A stretch of 40,000 nucleotides of DNA from Candidatus Pelagibacterales bacterium (GTDB taxonomy: Bacteria; Pseudomonadota; Alphaproteobacteria; Pelagibacterales; Pelagibacteraceae): assembly GCA_965244305.1 (NCBI GenBank), contig OZ251705.1, positions 670,115 to 710,114 on the forward strand. Direction: 5' to 3'. The position numbers were made by a program, and so were the translations under genes. Below are positions 10,215 to 20,770 of the stretch, piece after piece. The notes beneath the pieces are model-generated. The model made no database searches. It was given only the letters and a program-made list of their open reading frames with translations, and had not been told where the DNA came from. How positions within the stretch are numbered: the stretch's first letter is position 1; every line of letters begins with the position of its first letter.

Positions 10215-11202
10215 CCAATCCGGATAGGGTAGGTTTTTAGATTTTAAAAAATCGACATTAAATATCTTGCTTGCTGACCTTGAGCCGACATCACATAATA
10301 TGGTTACAATGGTTTTTCCAGGACCCATTTCTTTAGCCATTTCAATTGCTCCAGAAACATTAATTCCTGATGAAGTACCTACAAACAGTCCTTCATTTTT
10401 CAATAATTTATAAACATTATTTAAAGCATCTGTATCATTAATTCTGTAAGCATAATCTACAGGCGTATTTTCAAAGTTTTTAGTAACTCTTGATGTCCCA
10501 ATACCTTCTGTAATAGAGCTTCCTTCAGTTTCCAAGGTACCTTTTTTGACAAAACTATATAATGATGAACCATAAGGATCGCTTAACCCAATTTTGATAT
10601 TTTTATTTTTTTTCTTTAATCCCTCAGAAACACCTGCCAAAGTCCCTCCTGTTCCAACAGAGCAAATAAATCCATCAATTTTGCCATTTGTTTGAGCCCA
10701 AATTTCTTCAGCTGTTGTCTCAATGTGAGCCAATTTGTTAATAGTGTTGTCAAATTGGTTCGCCCAGTAAGTCAATTTATTATTTTCTTTTGCAATTTGT
10801 TCTGCAATGGAGGCGGAATATTTCACATAATTTTTTGGATTAGCATATGGAACTGCATCAACTTCTATAAGTTTGGCACCAAGTTGTTTAAGAGTATCTT
10901 TTTTTTCTGGTGCTTGAGTATTAGGAATTACAATAACTGTTTTAATTCCAAAATAATTTGCAACCATTGTGATCCCAATTCCAGTATTTCCAGCAGTGCC
11001 TTCAACTATAGTACCTCCAAATTCTAATTTTTTTTTGCTTATTGCATCTTTAATAATATATAAAGCTGCTCTGATCTTTTACAGATTGGCCAGGATTTAA
11101 AAATTCTGCTTTACCAAATATTTTGCATCCAGTACTTTCAGATGCATCTTTTAGGTAAATTAATGGTGTGTTTCCAATTAAATCAATTACACTTTTATTC
11201 AT
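10209..11202 (-). pseudogene. cysK: Cysteine synthase / PLP-dependent CBS-like enzyme, one single-base insertion
   Basis: ATG at 11202-11200 gives MNKSVIDLIGNTPLIYLKDASESTGCKIFGKAEFLNPGQSVKD. Deleting plus-strand g11073 restores the PLP-lysine motif [46 protein letters not shown] and joins ORF 10209..10967 (..GTGGTLAGV..). The stop overlaps the aapP stop by 6 nt in convergent orientation. Confidence 0.88.
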
Positions 11203-11240
11203 AATATTTTTATACAACTGATGATAAGTATTACAATCAA

Positions 11241-12662
11241 TTATTTTTTCAAATCTGCAAAAGCTTTCAAGGCCATTTGTCTTGCTTCTTCGTGATTAAC
11301 TATTGGGAGCGATATAATCTCGATTAATATTAAAATTTATTTTTTCTGCTATATCTTTAGGTAATTCCCAAGGCTTGTGTATGTATTTATTAGGAACATT
11401 TCGTAATTCGCTAACCCATTTTTTAACGTAAGTCCCGTCAGGATCGAATTTTTCTCCTTGCAGAATTGGATTAAATATTCTGAAGTAGGGAGCTGCATCT
11501 GCACCACAACCAGCAACCCATTGCCATCCAGCTACATTATTTGGCATATTAAAATCTAGTAACGAATCTTTGAAATGCTTTTCTCCTTCAATCCAATTTA
11601 TTCTCAAATGTTTTACTAAAAAAGATGCTGTTATCATTCTAACTCTATTGTGCATCCATCCGGTCTCATAAAGTTCGCGCATACCAGCATCTACAATAGG
11701 ATAACCAGTTTTTCCTTTTTTCCAATTATTTAATTTTTTATTATTTTTTTCCCACTTAAATTTATCAAATTGTTTTCTTAAATTACCATTGTTCCATTTG
11801 TGGAAAATGATTTAGCAAATGGTGCGCAAACTCTCTCCAACCAATTTCATTAATATATTTTCTAAAACCAATATTTTTTTTGGAAATTTTATAACATTCA
11901 TCGATTATATATTGTGGGGATATTTCGCCAAAAGCTAAATATGGAGAGAGTTTAGATGTTCCTTCCGTTGATGGTATATCTCTATTTGTAGCGTAGTTAT
12001 TAATTTTATTTTTTATAAATTCTTTAAGTAAATATTTTGCCTTGTCTTCTCCAACTTCCCAATATTTTTCAAATTTTACATACCAATTTTTTTTTGGTTT
12101 TATAAAATTTTCTAAAATTTTTTGATTATCATTATTAATTTTTTTAGACTTAAAATTAGAAATTTTTTTAGAAAAATTAAAATTTTTTAGATATTGTTCC
12201 TCAGCATTTCTCCAATAGGGAGTAAAAACTTGAAATGGAGTTCCGTCTTTTTTCTTTACATCAAAAGGATTTTGCAACAAATTTCCACTATATTTTCTTA
12301 CTTTTATGTTATTTTTATTTAAATAGTTCTTCTACTTCAGTTTCGATTGCTTGTTCTTTTGGTTCATAACGCTTGTTAAAGTAAAATTGATTAATATTAT
12401 TTTTTTTAATGAGCTCTTTTACGACTGTTAATATATCTGTATTAAAAATTTTAAAAACAATACCTTTATCTGATAATTTTTCTTGAAATTTTATAAGACT
12501 TTTATAAAGCCACCATCTTTGTGCCGACCTTGATTCAAAATTTTTTGAATTATAAGCGTAAAAAACTTCAAATTTTTCAGTATCTTTTTCTATGCTTAGT
12601 AAAGCAGGGTTATCTTCTGTTCTAAAATCTTCGCGGACCCACAAAATATTTAATTTTTGCAT
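11241..12662 (-). pseudogene. phrB: Deoxyribodipyrimidine photolyase (class I CPD photolyase/cryptochrome family), three single-base frameshifts
   Basis: Fragments are 12662..12315 (N-terminal photolyase domain, ILWVREDFRTEDNPAL), 12280..11783, 11682..11296 (GYPIVDAGMRELYETGWMHNRVRMITASFL..WQWVAGCGADAAPYFRIFNP) and a tail to TAA 11243-11241 (PIVNHEEARQMALKAFADLKK*). Bridging sequence is readable across each break: NKNNIKVRKYSGNLLQNPFD at ~12310, HKWNNGNLRKQFDKFKWEKNNKKLNNWKKGKTGYPIVDAGM at ~11800, and a third break at ~11300. Each shift equals one extra base in gene orientation. Confidence 0.88.
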
Positions 12663-12777
12663 ATAAAAAATACTACATTAATCAACTTAAATATGTACAA
12701 ATTTCGCATTTAAATTTCTTGCCTAAATCCTTTTTTTCTAGTTAATTATGATAAAAAAATAAAGGGACATTATTTTT

Positions 12778-13143
12778 ATGAGCGCTCAGCTAAACCAGCA
12801 TTTAGGTAAAAAATTAAGACTAAAAAGAACTTCACTAGGATTAACACAAACACAAGTAGCCCAAGCCATTAACGTTACATTTCAGCAAATACAAAAATAC
12901 GAAAAAGGTACCAACGGAGTTTCATCCGCTCGTTTATTGCAGTTAGCTAATTTCTTAAAGGTACCAATTAAGTATTTCTTTGAAGATTACCAAGATTTTT
13001 CTGATCAATCTCATGATAAAAAAGAGTCTCAAAGTTTAAATTATTCATTTTTGGTAAAAATGTTTAATGATTTGGATTCAATTGAAAAAAATAAAATTAT
13101 TGAAGTTTTGAGAAATCAAAGAGATATCAAGCAAGCAATCTAG
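12778..13143 (+). CDS. XRE/Cro-family helix-turn-helix transcriptional regulator (alphaproteobacterial PraR/PhrR-like type)
   Basis: Intact 121-aa ORF. The HTH region LGKKLRLKRTSLGLTQTQVAQAINVTFQQIQKYEKGTNGVSSARLLQLANFLKVPIKYFF matches the ..TFQQ.QKYEKG.N.. signature of this alpha-proteobacterial XRE subgroup. It is divergent from the photolyase gene. Confidence 0.8.
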   Translation: MSAQLNQHLGKKLRLKRTSLGLTQTQVAQAINVTFQQIQKYEKGTNGVSSARLLQLANFLKVPIKYFFEDYQDFSDQSHDKKESQSLNYSFLVKMFNDLDSIEKNKIIEVLRNQRDIKQAI

Positions 13144-13147
13144 TTTT

Positions 13148-13223
13148 TGGCTCCTCGAGCAGGACTCGAACCTGCGACCAATTGATTAACAGTCAACTGC
13201 TCTACCAACTGAGCTATCGAGGA
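13148..13223 (-). tRNA. tRNA-Asn (anticodon GUU), CCA encoded
   Basis: The reverse complement folds as TCCTCGA-TA-GCTC-AGTTGGTA-GAGC-A-GTTGA-CTGTTAA-TCAAT-TGGTC-GCAGG-TTCGAGT-CCTGC-TCGAGGA-GCCA. Confidence 0.93.
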
Positions 13224-13267
13224 ATGCGGTCACAATACAAATTTTTTTTATAAAAACAATAAAAATA

Positions 13268-13341
13268 TGGAGGCCACGTCCAGAATCGAACTGGAATAAA
13301 AGGATTTGCAATCCTCTGCGTAACCATTCCGCCACGTGGCC
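13268..13341 (-). tRNA. tRNA-Cys (anticodon GCA), CCA encoded
   Basis: The reverse complement folds as GGCCACG-TG-GCGG-AATGGTTA-CGC-A-GAGGA-TTGCAAA-TCCTT-TTAT-TCCAG-TTCGATT-CTGGA-CGTGGCC-TCCA. Confidence 0.93.
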
Positions 13342-13412
13342 TTTTTAAATTCAAAATATTTATTAATTCTGAAAGATGTATATATATATTTTAAAGACAT
13401 ATAATCAATAAT

Positions 13413-14069
13413 ATGAAATTTGAAATTCAAAGAAATCAAATGGTAGAGAGCCAATTAAGAGCTAATTTGGTTATCGATGAAACTATTCTAGATGCATTTG
13501 CCTCCATAAAAAGAGAAAATTTTTTTCCAGATCATCTTAAATCTGTAGCTTATTCGGATGATTGTATTTTTATAAATAAAACAAGATTTGTTTTAAGACC
13601 TTTTGTTCTTGGGAAGCTTATTAGTAATTTAAATATAGGCTTAGATAAAAATGTTTTAGATGTTGGTTCTTGTAATGGGTACAGTTCTGCTATTTTGTCT
13701 AAAATATTTAAAAAAGTTTTTTGTTTAGAGTCAGATAATGAAGCCTTAGAAATTCTTAAGAATAATTGTGATCAAGAAAAATTACTTAACGTAAAAATTA
13801 TACAAGATGATTTTCTTTCTGAAAAAAGCTTAGGAACAAGTTTTGACAATATTTTAATTAATGGAGAGATAAATTCGGATCCTGTTAATTTAATCAAGTC
13901 TTTAAAAATCGGTGGGAGATTAGTATCGGTAATAAGAGAAGAAAGAATATCTTATGCTGTTGTCTACATTAAAAATGAAAACAATCATTATGATAAACTT
14001 AGAATCTTTGATGCATCAGCACCTCTTTTAATTAATTATAAAAGCAAAGAACCTGTTTTTTCTTTTTAA
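13413..14069 (+). CDS. pcm: Protein-L-isoaspartate O-methyltransferase family protein
   Basis: Intact 218-aa ORF with N-terminal MVESQLRANLVIDETILDAFASIKRENFFP (PIMT-like) and the SAM-binding motif VLDVGSCNGYSSAILSKIF. Its stop directly abuts the valS ATG. Confidence 0.75.
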   Translation: MKFEIQRNQMVESQLRANLVIDETILDAFASIKRENFFPDHLKSVAYSDDCIFINKTRFVLRPFVLGKLISNLNIGLDKNVLDVGSCNGYSSAILSKIFKKVFCLESDNEALEILKNNCDQEKLLNVKIIQDDFLSEKSLGTSFDNILINGEINSDPVNLIKSLKIGGRLVSVIREERISYAVVYIKNENNHYDKLRIFDASAPLLINYKSKEPVFSF

Positions 14070-16728
14070 ATGAAAAATTTTGGTTCTTACAATCATTCAG
14101 AAATTGAAAATAAAATTTATAATTTTTGGGAAAAGAAAAAACTATTTAAACCCATAAAAAACAAAACCAAAAATAAATCTTTTTCTATTGTTATACCGCC
14201 ACCTAATGTAACGGGAAGTTTGCATATGGGTCATGCATTAAATAATACTATTCAGGATTTATTAATAAGATTTAAACGAAATCAAGGTTTTGAAACATTG
14301 TGGCAACCTGGAACAGATCATGCTGGCATAGCTACGCAAATGGTTGTTGAAAAACAATTATTAGAAAAAGGTTTGTCAAGACAATCTCTTGGCAGAGATA
14401 AATTTGTTAAAGAAATTTGGAAATGGAAAAGCAAATCTGGAAATGAGATTGTATCTCAGCTTAAAAAATTAGGCTCATCTTGTGATTGGAGCAGAGAGAG
14501 GTTCACTATGGATGATGGTCTTTCTAAAGCAGTTATAAAAGTTTTTGTTGATTTGTATAATCAGAAATTAATCTACAAAGATTTAAAATTAGTAAATTGG
14601 GATCCTGTTTTACAAACAGCAGTTTCAGATCTTGAGGTTGTTCAAAAAGAAATTGAGGGAAAGCTTTATTATATTAAAGTATTCTATTAAAGATTCCGAT
14701 CAATTTTTAACTGTTGCCACTACAAGACCTGAAACTATGTTTGGTGATGTGGCTTTAGCTGTTAATCCAAAAGACGAAAGGTATAAAAATCTTGTAGGCA
14801 AAACTGCCATTATACCAGTTGCGAATAGAGAAATTCCAATTATCGAAGATATATATGCAGACCCTACGCAAGGAAGCGGGGTGGTAAAAATTACACCTGC
14901 TCATGATTTTAATGACTTTATTGTAGGAGAGCGAAATAGTCTTAAAAAAATAAACATTTTAACAAAGGATGCAAAACTCAACGATACATGTTCCTGCTGA
15001 TTTTGTTGGTTTAGATCGTTTTGATGCTAGGAGACAAACTTGTTTCTACATTAAATGATTTAAGCTCACTTGAAAAAGTCGAGAACATTAAACATGCAGT
15101 ACCATTTGGAGATAGATCGAACTCTATTATAGAACCTTATTTAACTGAACAATGGTTTCTTGATGCAAAAAAATTATCTAAGGAAGCTATTCTTAACGTC
15201 AAAAATAAAAAAACATCTTTTTTTCCTGAAAATTGGTCAAAAACATATTATCAATGGATGGAAAATATTCAGCCCTGGTGTATTTCAAGACAACTATGGT
15301 GGGGTCATCAAATACCAGCATGGTACACTCCTTCAGGTCAAATAATTGTTGCTAATAATTCAAACGAAGCAAAAAAAATAGCTAAAAAAAAATTTAAAAA
15401 AAATCTAAATCTTACGCAAGATAATGATGTGCTAGACACATGGTTTTCTTCAGCTCTTTGGTCATTTGCAACTTTTGGATGGCCAAAAAAAACTTATGAG
15501 CTAAAAAGATTTTACCCAACATCTGTTTTAGTTACAGGTTTTGATATTATATTTTTCTGGGTAGCAAGAATGATGATGATGTCATTATATTTTGCTAAAA
15601 AAGTCCCTTTTTCAGACGTGTATGTACATGCATTAGTTAGAGATGAAAAAGGTCAAAAAATGTCAAAGTCAAAAGGTAATGTTATTGATCCATTAGTTTT
15701 GATTAATGAATTTGGTGCTGATGCTTTAAGATTTACGCTTATAGCAATGTCTTCTCCTGGGAGAGATGTTAAATTAGCCAAAGAAAGAGTTAATGGTTAC
15801 AAAAACTTTATAACTAAAATTTGGAATATTTTTAATTTTTCAAAATTTAATAATACATTTTCTGATCCTAAAATTAATATAAATAAAATCAAGAATCCAA
15901 TTAACTTGTGGATACTAAATGAATTTAATAACTGCAAATTAAAAACAAACGATTGCATAAATAATTATAGATTTGATGAAGCTGCAAGGCATGTTTATCA
16001 GTTTACATGGAATTTATTTTGCGACTGGTATATCGAATTTGCTAAACCAGTTTTGTACTCTAGTAATAAAATAAATATTCAAGAACTAAAGAAAACAATT
16101 TCTTTTTTGCAATCAGAGTTGTTACTTCTTTTACATCCATTTATTCCTTTTGTTACCGAAGAACTGTGGTCACTTACTAAATTTGATAAATTTTTTAAAT
16201 CACCTTTAATTTCTTATACAAGCAAAAATTCTTATCAGTTTAACCAAAGATCAAATCAAAAAAGCAAAAGATATAAATATAATAATAAATTTTATATCTG
16301 AAATTAGATCTATCAAAGTAACACTTGGTATTAGTCCCGCAAGTTTTTGTAATGTTTTTATAAATAATACTTCTAAATATTTTCAAAAATTATCAAAAGA
16401 TAATATAGAAATAATTAAGAGATTGGGCCGAATAAAAGAAATTGATTTTACTAGTTCAAATAAGCAATCGGTTATAAATATGATTATTGCTGACGAGAAT
16501 GTAAGAATTCAGTTTGAAAATACTGTTAATCTTAATGATCAGAAAGAAGTTCAATTAAAAAAACAAAAAGATGTTCTAGTTAAGATTTCTGTATGTGAAA
16601 AGAAGCTTGCTAATTCTGGATTTGTTCAAAATGCTCCAAAAAATGTTGTTGATAATGAAAAGGAAATGTTGTCAAATTATAAAATTGATCTAGAAAAAAT
16701 TAACAATATTTTAAGGAGTTTTTCATAA
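14070..16728 (+). pseudogene. valS: Valyl-tRNA synthetase, at least four +1 frameshifts
   Basis: HIGH motif [15 protein letters not shown] and KMSKS motif KMSKSKGN are present. Frames run 3>1>2>3>1. Deleting g14679 gives ..[28 protein letters not shown]. Deleting a14986 gives [18 protein letters not shown]. Deleting c15035 gives RRKLVSTLNDLSSLEKVENIKHAVPFGDRS. A fourth shift at ~16200-16290 leads into ISEIRSIKVTLGISPA.. and the C-terminal coiled coil (ORF 16423..16728). The total of ~886 codons is normal ValRS length. Confidence 0.93.
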
Positions 16729-18449
16729 ATGTCTAAATTTGATAAATCTAAGTTACCAAGTCGTCATACTACAGTAGGTCCAGAAAGAGCTCCGCACAGA
16801 TCTTTTTATTATGCCATGGACCTTACCCAGGAAGATGTTGCCAAGCCTTTTGTTGGTGTTGTTTCAACTTGGAATGAAGCTGCGCCTTGTAATATAGCTC
16901 TTATGAGACAAGCGCAAAGTGTCAAAAAAGGGGTGTATGATAACCATGGAATGCCAAGAGAGTTTTGCACCATTACTGTTACAGATGGTATCGCTATGGG
17001 ACATGAGGGAATGAAATCCTCCTTGATCTCAAGAGAAGTTATTGCTGATTCAACTGAATTAACTGTACGAGGTCACTGCTATGATGCTCTTGTCGGTGTA
17101 GCTGGTTGCGATAAGTCATTACCAGGTTTGATGATGGCAATGTGTAGGCTTAATGTGCCGAGCGTTTTTATCTATGGCGGATCTATCCTTCCAGGAAAAT
17201 TTAAAGGTAAGGATGTAACTGTGGTCGATGTTTATGAAGCTGTTGGAATGCATGAAAATGGAAAAATGTCAGATGAAGATTTGTTAGAATTAGAACTTCA
17301 TGCCTGTCCTAGTGCTGGTGCATGTGGCGGTCAATTCACGGCTAATACAATGGCTTGTGTTTCTGAAGCTATTGGCTTGGCATTGCCATATTCATCTGGA
17401 ACGCCAGCACCCTATGAGGAAAGAGATAAATTTGCATATGAAAGTGGCAAAGCTGTAATGAGTCTTTTAAAGAACAAGATCAGACCAAGAGATATAGTAA
17501 CATTAGAGTCTTTAAAAAATGCTGCTGTCGTGGTTGCTGCAACTGGTGGATCTACTAATGCTGCCTTACATCTTCCAGCAATTGCAAATGAATGTGGAAT
17601 TAAATTTGATTTAATGGATGTGGCTGAAATTTTTAAAAAAACACCTTATCTTGCAGATCTTAAACCAGGAGGAAAATATGTTGCAAAAGACATGTTTGAA
17701 GCTGGTGGCGTTCCGATGCTATTAAAAACATTATTGGATGGGGGTTATATAAATGGAAATTGTTTAACAGTTACTGGAAAAACAATGGCTGAAAATTTAA
17801 AGGATGTTAAATTTAACAATGAACAAAAAGTTATGAGACCTCATAACAATCCTATTACCCCAACCGGTGGAGTTGTGGGTCTTAAAGGAAATTTAGCACC
17901 AGATGGAGCCATAGTTAAAGGTTGCGGGAATGAAAACTCTTCGTTTTGAGGGAGTTGCAAAATGCTTTGATAGTGAAGAAGATGCTTTTAAAGCTGTTAA
18001 AAACAAGGCCTATAAAGAAGGTGATGTAATCATTATTAGATATGAGGGTCCAAAAGGCGGCCCAGGAATGAGGGAAATGCTATCAACAACAGCGGCAATT
18101 TATGGGCAGGGTTTAGGTGAAAAAGTTGCCCTGATTACTGATGGAAGATTTTCTGGTGCCACAAGAGGCTTTTGTATCGGTCATGTTAGTCCAGAAGCAT
18201 TTGTAGGAGGTCCAATAGCATTGCTTCAGGATGGTGATAAAATTGTTATTGATGCTGAAAAAGGATCAATCGACGTAGACTTAGATGCCAAAACTTTAGA
18301 AGAAAGAAAAAATGCTTGGAGAGGTCAAGGAACCTAATTTTAATAGTGGAACTTTATGGAAATATAGTCAAACCGTAGGAACTGCTAAAAATGGTGCTGT
18401 AACCCATCCTGGCGGTTCAAAAGAAAAAAGTTGTTACGCTGATATATAA
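16729..18449 (+). pseudogene. ilvD: Dihydroxy-acid dehydratase, two +1 frameshifts
   Basis: The ATG directly follows the valS TAA. Motifs include NIALMRQAQSVKKGV, TDGIAMGHEGMKSSL and GCDKSLPG. Deleting g17920 joins ..DGAIVK to [65 protein letters not shown] second extra base at ~18321-18323 leads to [41 protein letters not shown], ending TAA 18447-18449. Confidence 0.93.
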
Positions 18450-19649
18450 GTGAAGATCAAACCTATTATATTATGTGGTGGAGCTGGTACTAGACTTTTT
18501 CCATCTTCTTTTAAGTCGATTCCAAAACAATTTATTGATTTTGGAGGATGGACTTTGTTTCAAAAAACTTTAGAGCGAATTAAGGATCCTATTTATGATT
18601 TTCCTATAATCAGTTCTAATTTAAAATATGAAAAAATAATTAAAAAATTTCTTAAATTATACAAAATTAAAAAATACAATCTGGTTTTAGAGCCTTACAA
18701 AAAAAATACTGCACCCGCTGTTATATCCTCTGCCTTGATTGATAGTATTAAAAGTGAACAACCTTTGATTTATTTTCCTTCCGATCAATTAATTGAAAAT
18801 AAAAAAATTTTTAATAATTCAGTTAAAAAGTATTCCAAAAAGTTAACCAGATGAAAATATTTGTATATTTGGAATAAAACCTACAGAACCGTCCGAGCAA
18901 TTTGGTTACTTTTTGACAAAAAAAAATAATGATAAAGTTACTAATTTTATTGAAAAACCAACCAAAAAAATTGCAATAAAAATTATTAAAAATAAAGCTT
19001 ATTGGAATTCTGGTATTTTTTTTGTTCGCAAAGACTGCATTAATCAATCTATGTAAAAAATTTCAACTAACTTTGCTTAAACAAGCCCATAATTCAGTTA
19101 TTTTTTCTAGGAAAACAAAAAATACAACAAAGCTTAACGCAAAATTTTACAAATCAATAAAAGAGATTTCTTTTGATTATGCAATTTTGGAAAAAGTTAA
19201 AGATATCATTGGTGCAAAATTAAATGTGGCTTGGTCAGATCTTGGAAGTTGGAGAGCAATTACTCACTTATTTAAAAAAATAAAGCATAAATACTATAAA
19301 AAAAATAACACTTTTCTTAAACCATGGGGTAAATACTTTAATCTACATAGGGGAGACGGCTTTTCTAATAAAAGAGCTTGTTATAAACAAAAATTCTTCA
19401 ATTAGTTTGCAGAAGCATCGATATAGATCGGAGCATTGGACTATCACTCATGGAAAACCAAAAGTAACTATTGATAAAGATATTTTGTTTCCAAAAATTA
19501 ATGAAACCGTTTTTATCCCTTTAGGTTCAGTTCATAGAGTTGAAAATTCTTATCGCCAACCAGTTAAAATTATTGAAGCTCAAGTAGGAAAAATATTAAA
19601 GGAAAGTGATATAACCAGATATATTGATCAATATAATCGTATCAAGTAA
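18450..19649 (+). pseudogene. manC: Mannose-1-phosphate guanylyltransferase / mannose-6-phosphate isomerase (type II PMI-GMP, ManC/XanB-like), three +1 frameshifts
   Basis: GTG 18450 abuts the ilvD stop. The nucleotidyltransferase N-terminus KPIILCGGAGTRLFPSS..PKQF is in frame 3. PDENICIFGIKPTEPSEQFGYF..NSGIFFVRKD follows in frame 1 from 18847. LINLCKKFQ..WSDLGSWRAI is in frame 2. The cupin part KPWGKYFNLHRGDGF / LIKELVINKNSSISLQKHRYRSEHWTITHGKPKV..IPLGSVHRVEN..IEAQVGKILKESDITRYIDQYNR is in frame 3 from ~19365. At ~400 codons it is somewhat shorter than the usual ~470. Confidence 0.75.
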
Positions 19650-20415
19650 GAATACATCTTATAGGCACATGATCTGAGGGTCTTTGATTGTCTCTAGTGA
19701 ATTTATCTATTTCTATAGTTTTTATAGAATCTGTTAGTTCATTTGATATTAAGTAATGGTCAATTCTCAATCCCTTATTTCTCTGCCAGGATCCTTGTTG
19801 ATAGTCCCAAAATGTATATTGTTTATCTAAATTATTAAAAAGTCTAAACCCATCCTTAAAACCAAGATTTAACAAAGATCTAAATTTTTTTCGAATTTCT
19901 AATTTAAATAATGCATCATTCATCCAATCCTCCGGATTATCAACGTCATTTTCTCCAGGAATTACGTTAAAATCACCTGTAATAATTATATACTTATTTT
20001 CATTTAATTTTTTTTGAATATATTTTTCAAATAGTGCTATCCATTTTTTTTTGTATTCATATTTTTCTGTATTAACAGGATTGCCGTTTGGTAAATATAT
20101 AGAAACTAAAAAAATTTTTTTATTTTTATAATTAATATTAGCTGAGATAAATCTTGATTGTCCTAAAGGATCTTTAAAATCATCATGATTTGTTATCAAT
20201 TCCTTTTTGCTTAAAATGGCTACCCCATTATAGGATTTTTGACCATTTACGTAAGAATTATAGCCAGCATTTTTGAATTCTTGAAAGGGAAAATTTTTCT
20301 CTTCCGTTTTAATTTCTTGAAGAACTAAAACATCAATTTTTTTCTTCTTTAAATAATCAAGAACCTGATCTATTCTAATCCTTACAGAATTTATATTCCA
20401 ACTTGCTATATTCAC
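19642..20415 (-). CDS. xthA: Exodeoxyribonuclease III
   Basis: VNIASWNINSVRIRIDQVLDYLKKKKIDVLVLQEIK, ..ITGDFNV.. and ..PSDHVPI.. match ExoIII/AP endonuclease. I prefer GTG at 20415 as the start. The longer ORF-track start (20445) would run into erpA. The 3' end overlaps the manC-like stop by 8 nt in convergent orientation. Confidence 0.9.
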   Translation of the reverse strand: MNIASWNINSVRIRIDQVLDYLKKKKIDVLVLQEIKTEEKNFPFQEFKNAGYNSYVNGQKSYNGVAILSKKELITNHDDFKDPLGQSRFISANINYKNKKIFLVSIYLPNGNPVNTEKYEYKKKWIALFEKYIQKKLNENKYIIITGDFNVIPGENDVDNPEDWMNDALFKLEIRKKFRSLLNLGFKDGFRLFNNLDKQYTFWDYQQGSWQRNKGLRIDHYLISNELTDSIKTIEIDKFTRDNQRPSDHVPIRCILT

Positions 20416-20732
20416 TATAACGAAAACGAAGTTCCACACCCACAAGAACTTTTTGCATTAGGGTTAGATATTTTGAATGATTTTTCAATTAAGGTATCAT
20501 TATACTCCAGAATAGATCCTTTAATATATTCCAGACTAATTGGATCGATAATGACATTGTCGAATTTTTTATCTTCTGGATTCAGATGTTCATCGATTGA
20601 GAAATTGTATTTAAAGCCTGAGCAGCCACCACCTTCGACGGATATCCTAAAAAAAGAACCATTATTTTCATTTTGCAAAAGCTTATTAATTTCTTCTTTA
20701 GCTTTTTTGCTTATTTCTATATTAGTATTCAT
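20415..20732 (-). CDS. erpA: Iron-sulfur cluster insertion protein (HesB/IscA/ErpA family)
   Basis: Intact 105-aa ORF with FRISVEGGGCSGFKYNF and the C-terminal SCGCGTSF cysteine motif. The erpA / divergent dgt-argS arrangement is typical of alphaproteobacteria. Confidence 0.88.
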   Translation of the reverse strand: MNTNIEISKKAKEEINKLLQNENNGSFFRISVEGGGCSGFKYNFSIDEHLNPEDKKFDNVIIDPISLEYIKGSILEYNDTLIEKSFKISNPNAKSSCGCGTSFSL

Positions 20733-20770
20733 AAGTTTATTAAAATAACTTTATATACATTATATCTTAA

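Noticed and set aside
10692-11027. 111-aa plus-strand ORF opposite cysK, together with 20473..20748 opposite erpA, 22110..22355 opposite argS, and 26390..26599 opposite tatA
   Set aside because: These are shadow ORFs of well-supported genes, with Cys/Phe/Ser-rich nonsense-like sequence and no start or stop context linking them to neighbours.
12778-13143. XRE-family HTH gene as a phage repressor or antitoxin of a toxin-antitoxin pair
   Set aside because: No adjacent small partner ORF and no phage or integrase genes are present. The sequence belongs to a housekeeping-type alphaproteobacterial XRE subgroup, and the flanks are a photolyase gene and tRNAs.
13248-13454. 68-aa minus-strand ORF
   Set aside because: It runs straight through tRNA-Cys (13268..13341) and the pcm promoter/5' region. 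The tRNA cloverleaf explains the sequence.
15160-15345. Alternative-frame ORFs inside valS (15160..15345), ihfA (37197..37385), fhs (30966..31220 and 31981..32310), the DD-carboxypeptidase gene (35444..35674 and 35888..36109) and rplM (39316..39555 and 39562..39780)
   Set aside because: They overlap intact conserved reading frames and have no independent support.
1-19650. Reading the frameshift cluster as genuine pseudogenisation/genome decay, or as programmed +1 frameshifting or transcriptional slippage
   Set aside because: Essential genes are affected. All motifs flanking the breaks are intact and there are no secondary nonsense mutations. The contexts differ, with no shared slippery motif and many events outside homopolymers, and the events are strongly one-directional. 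Insertion-type sequence error is more parsimonious. This stays as a finding because it cannot be proven without reads.
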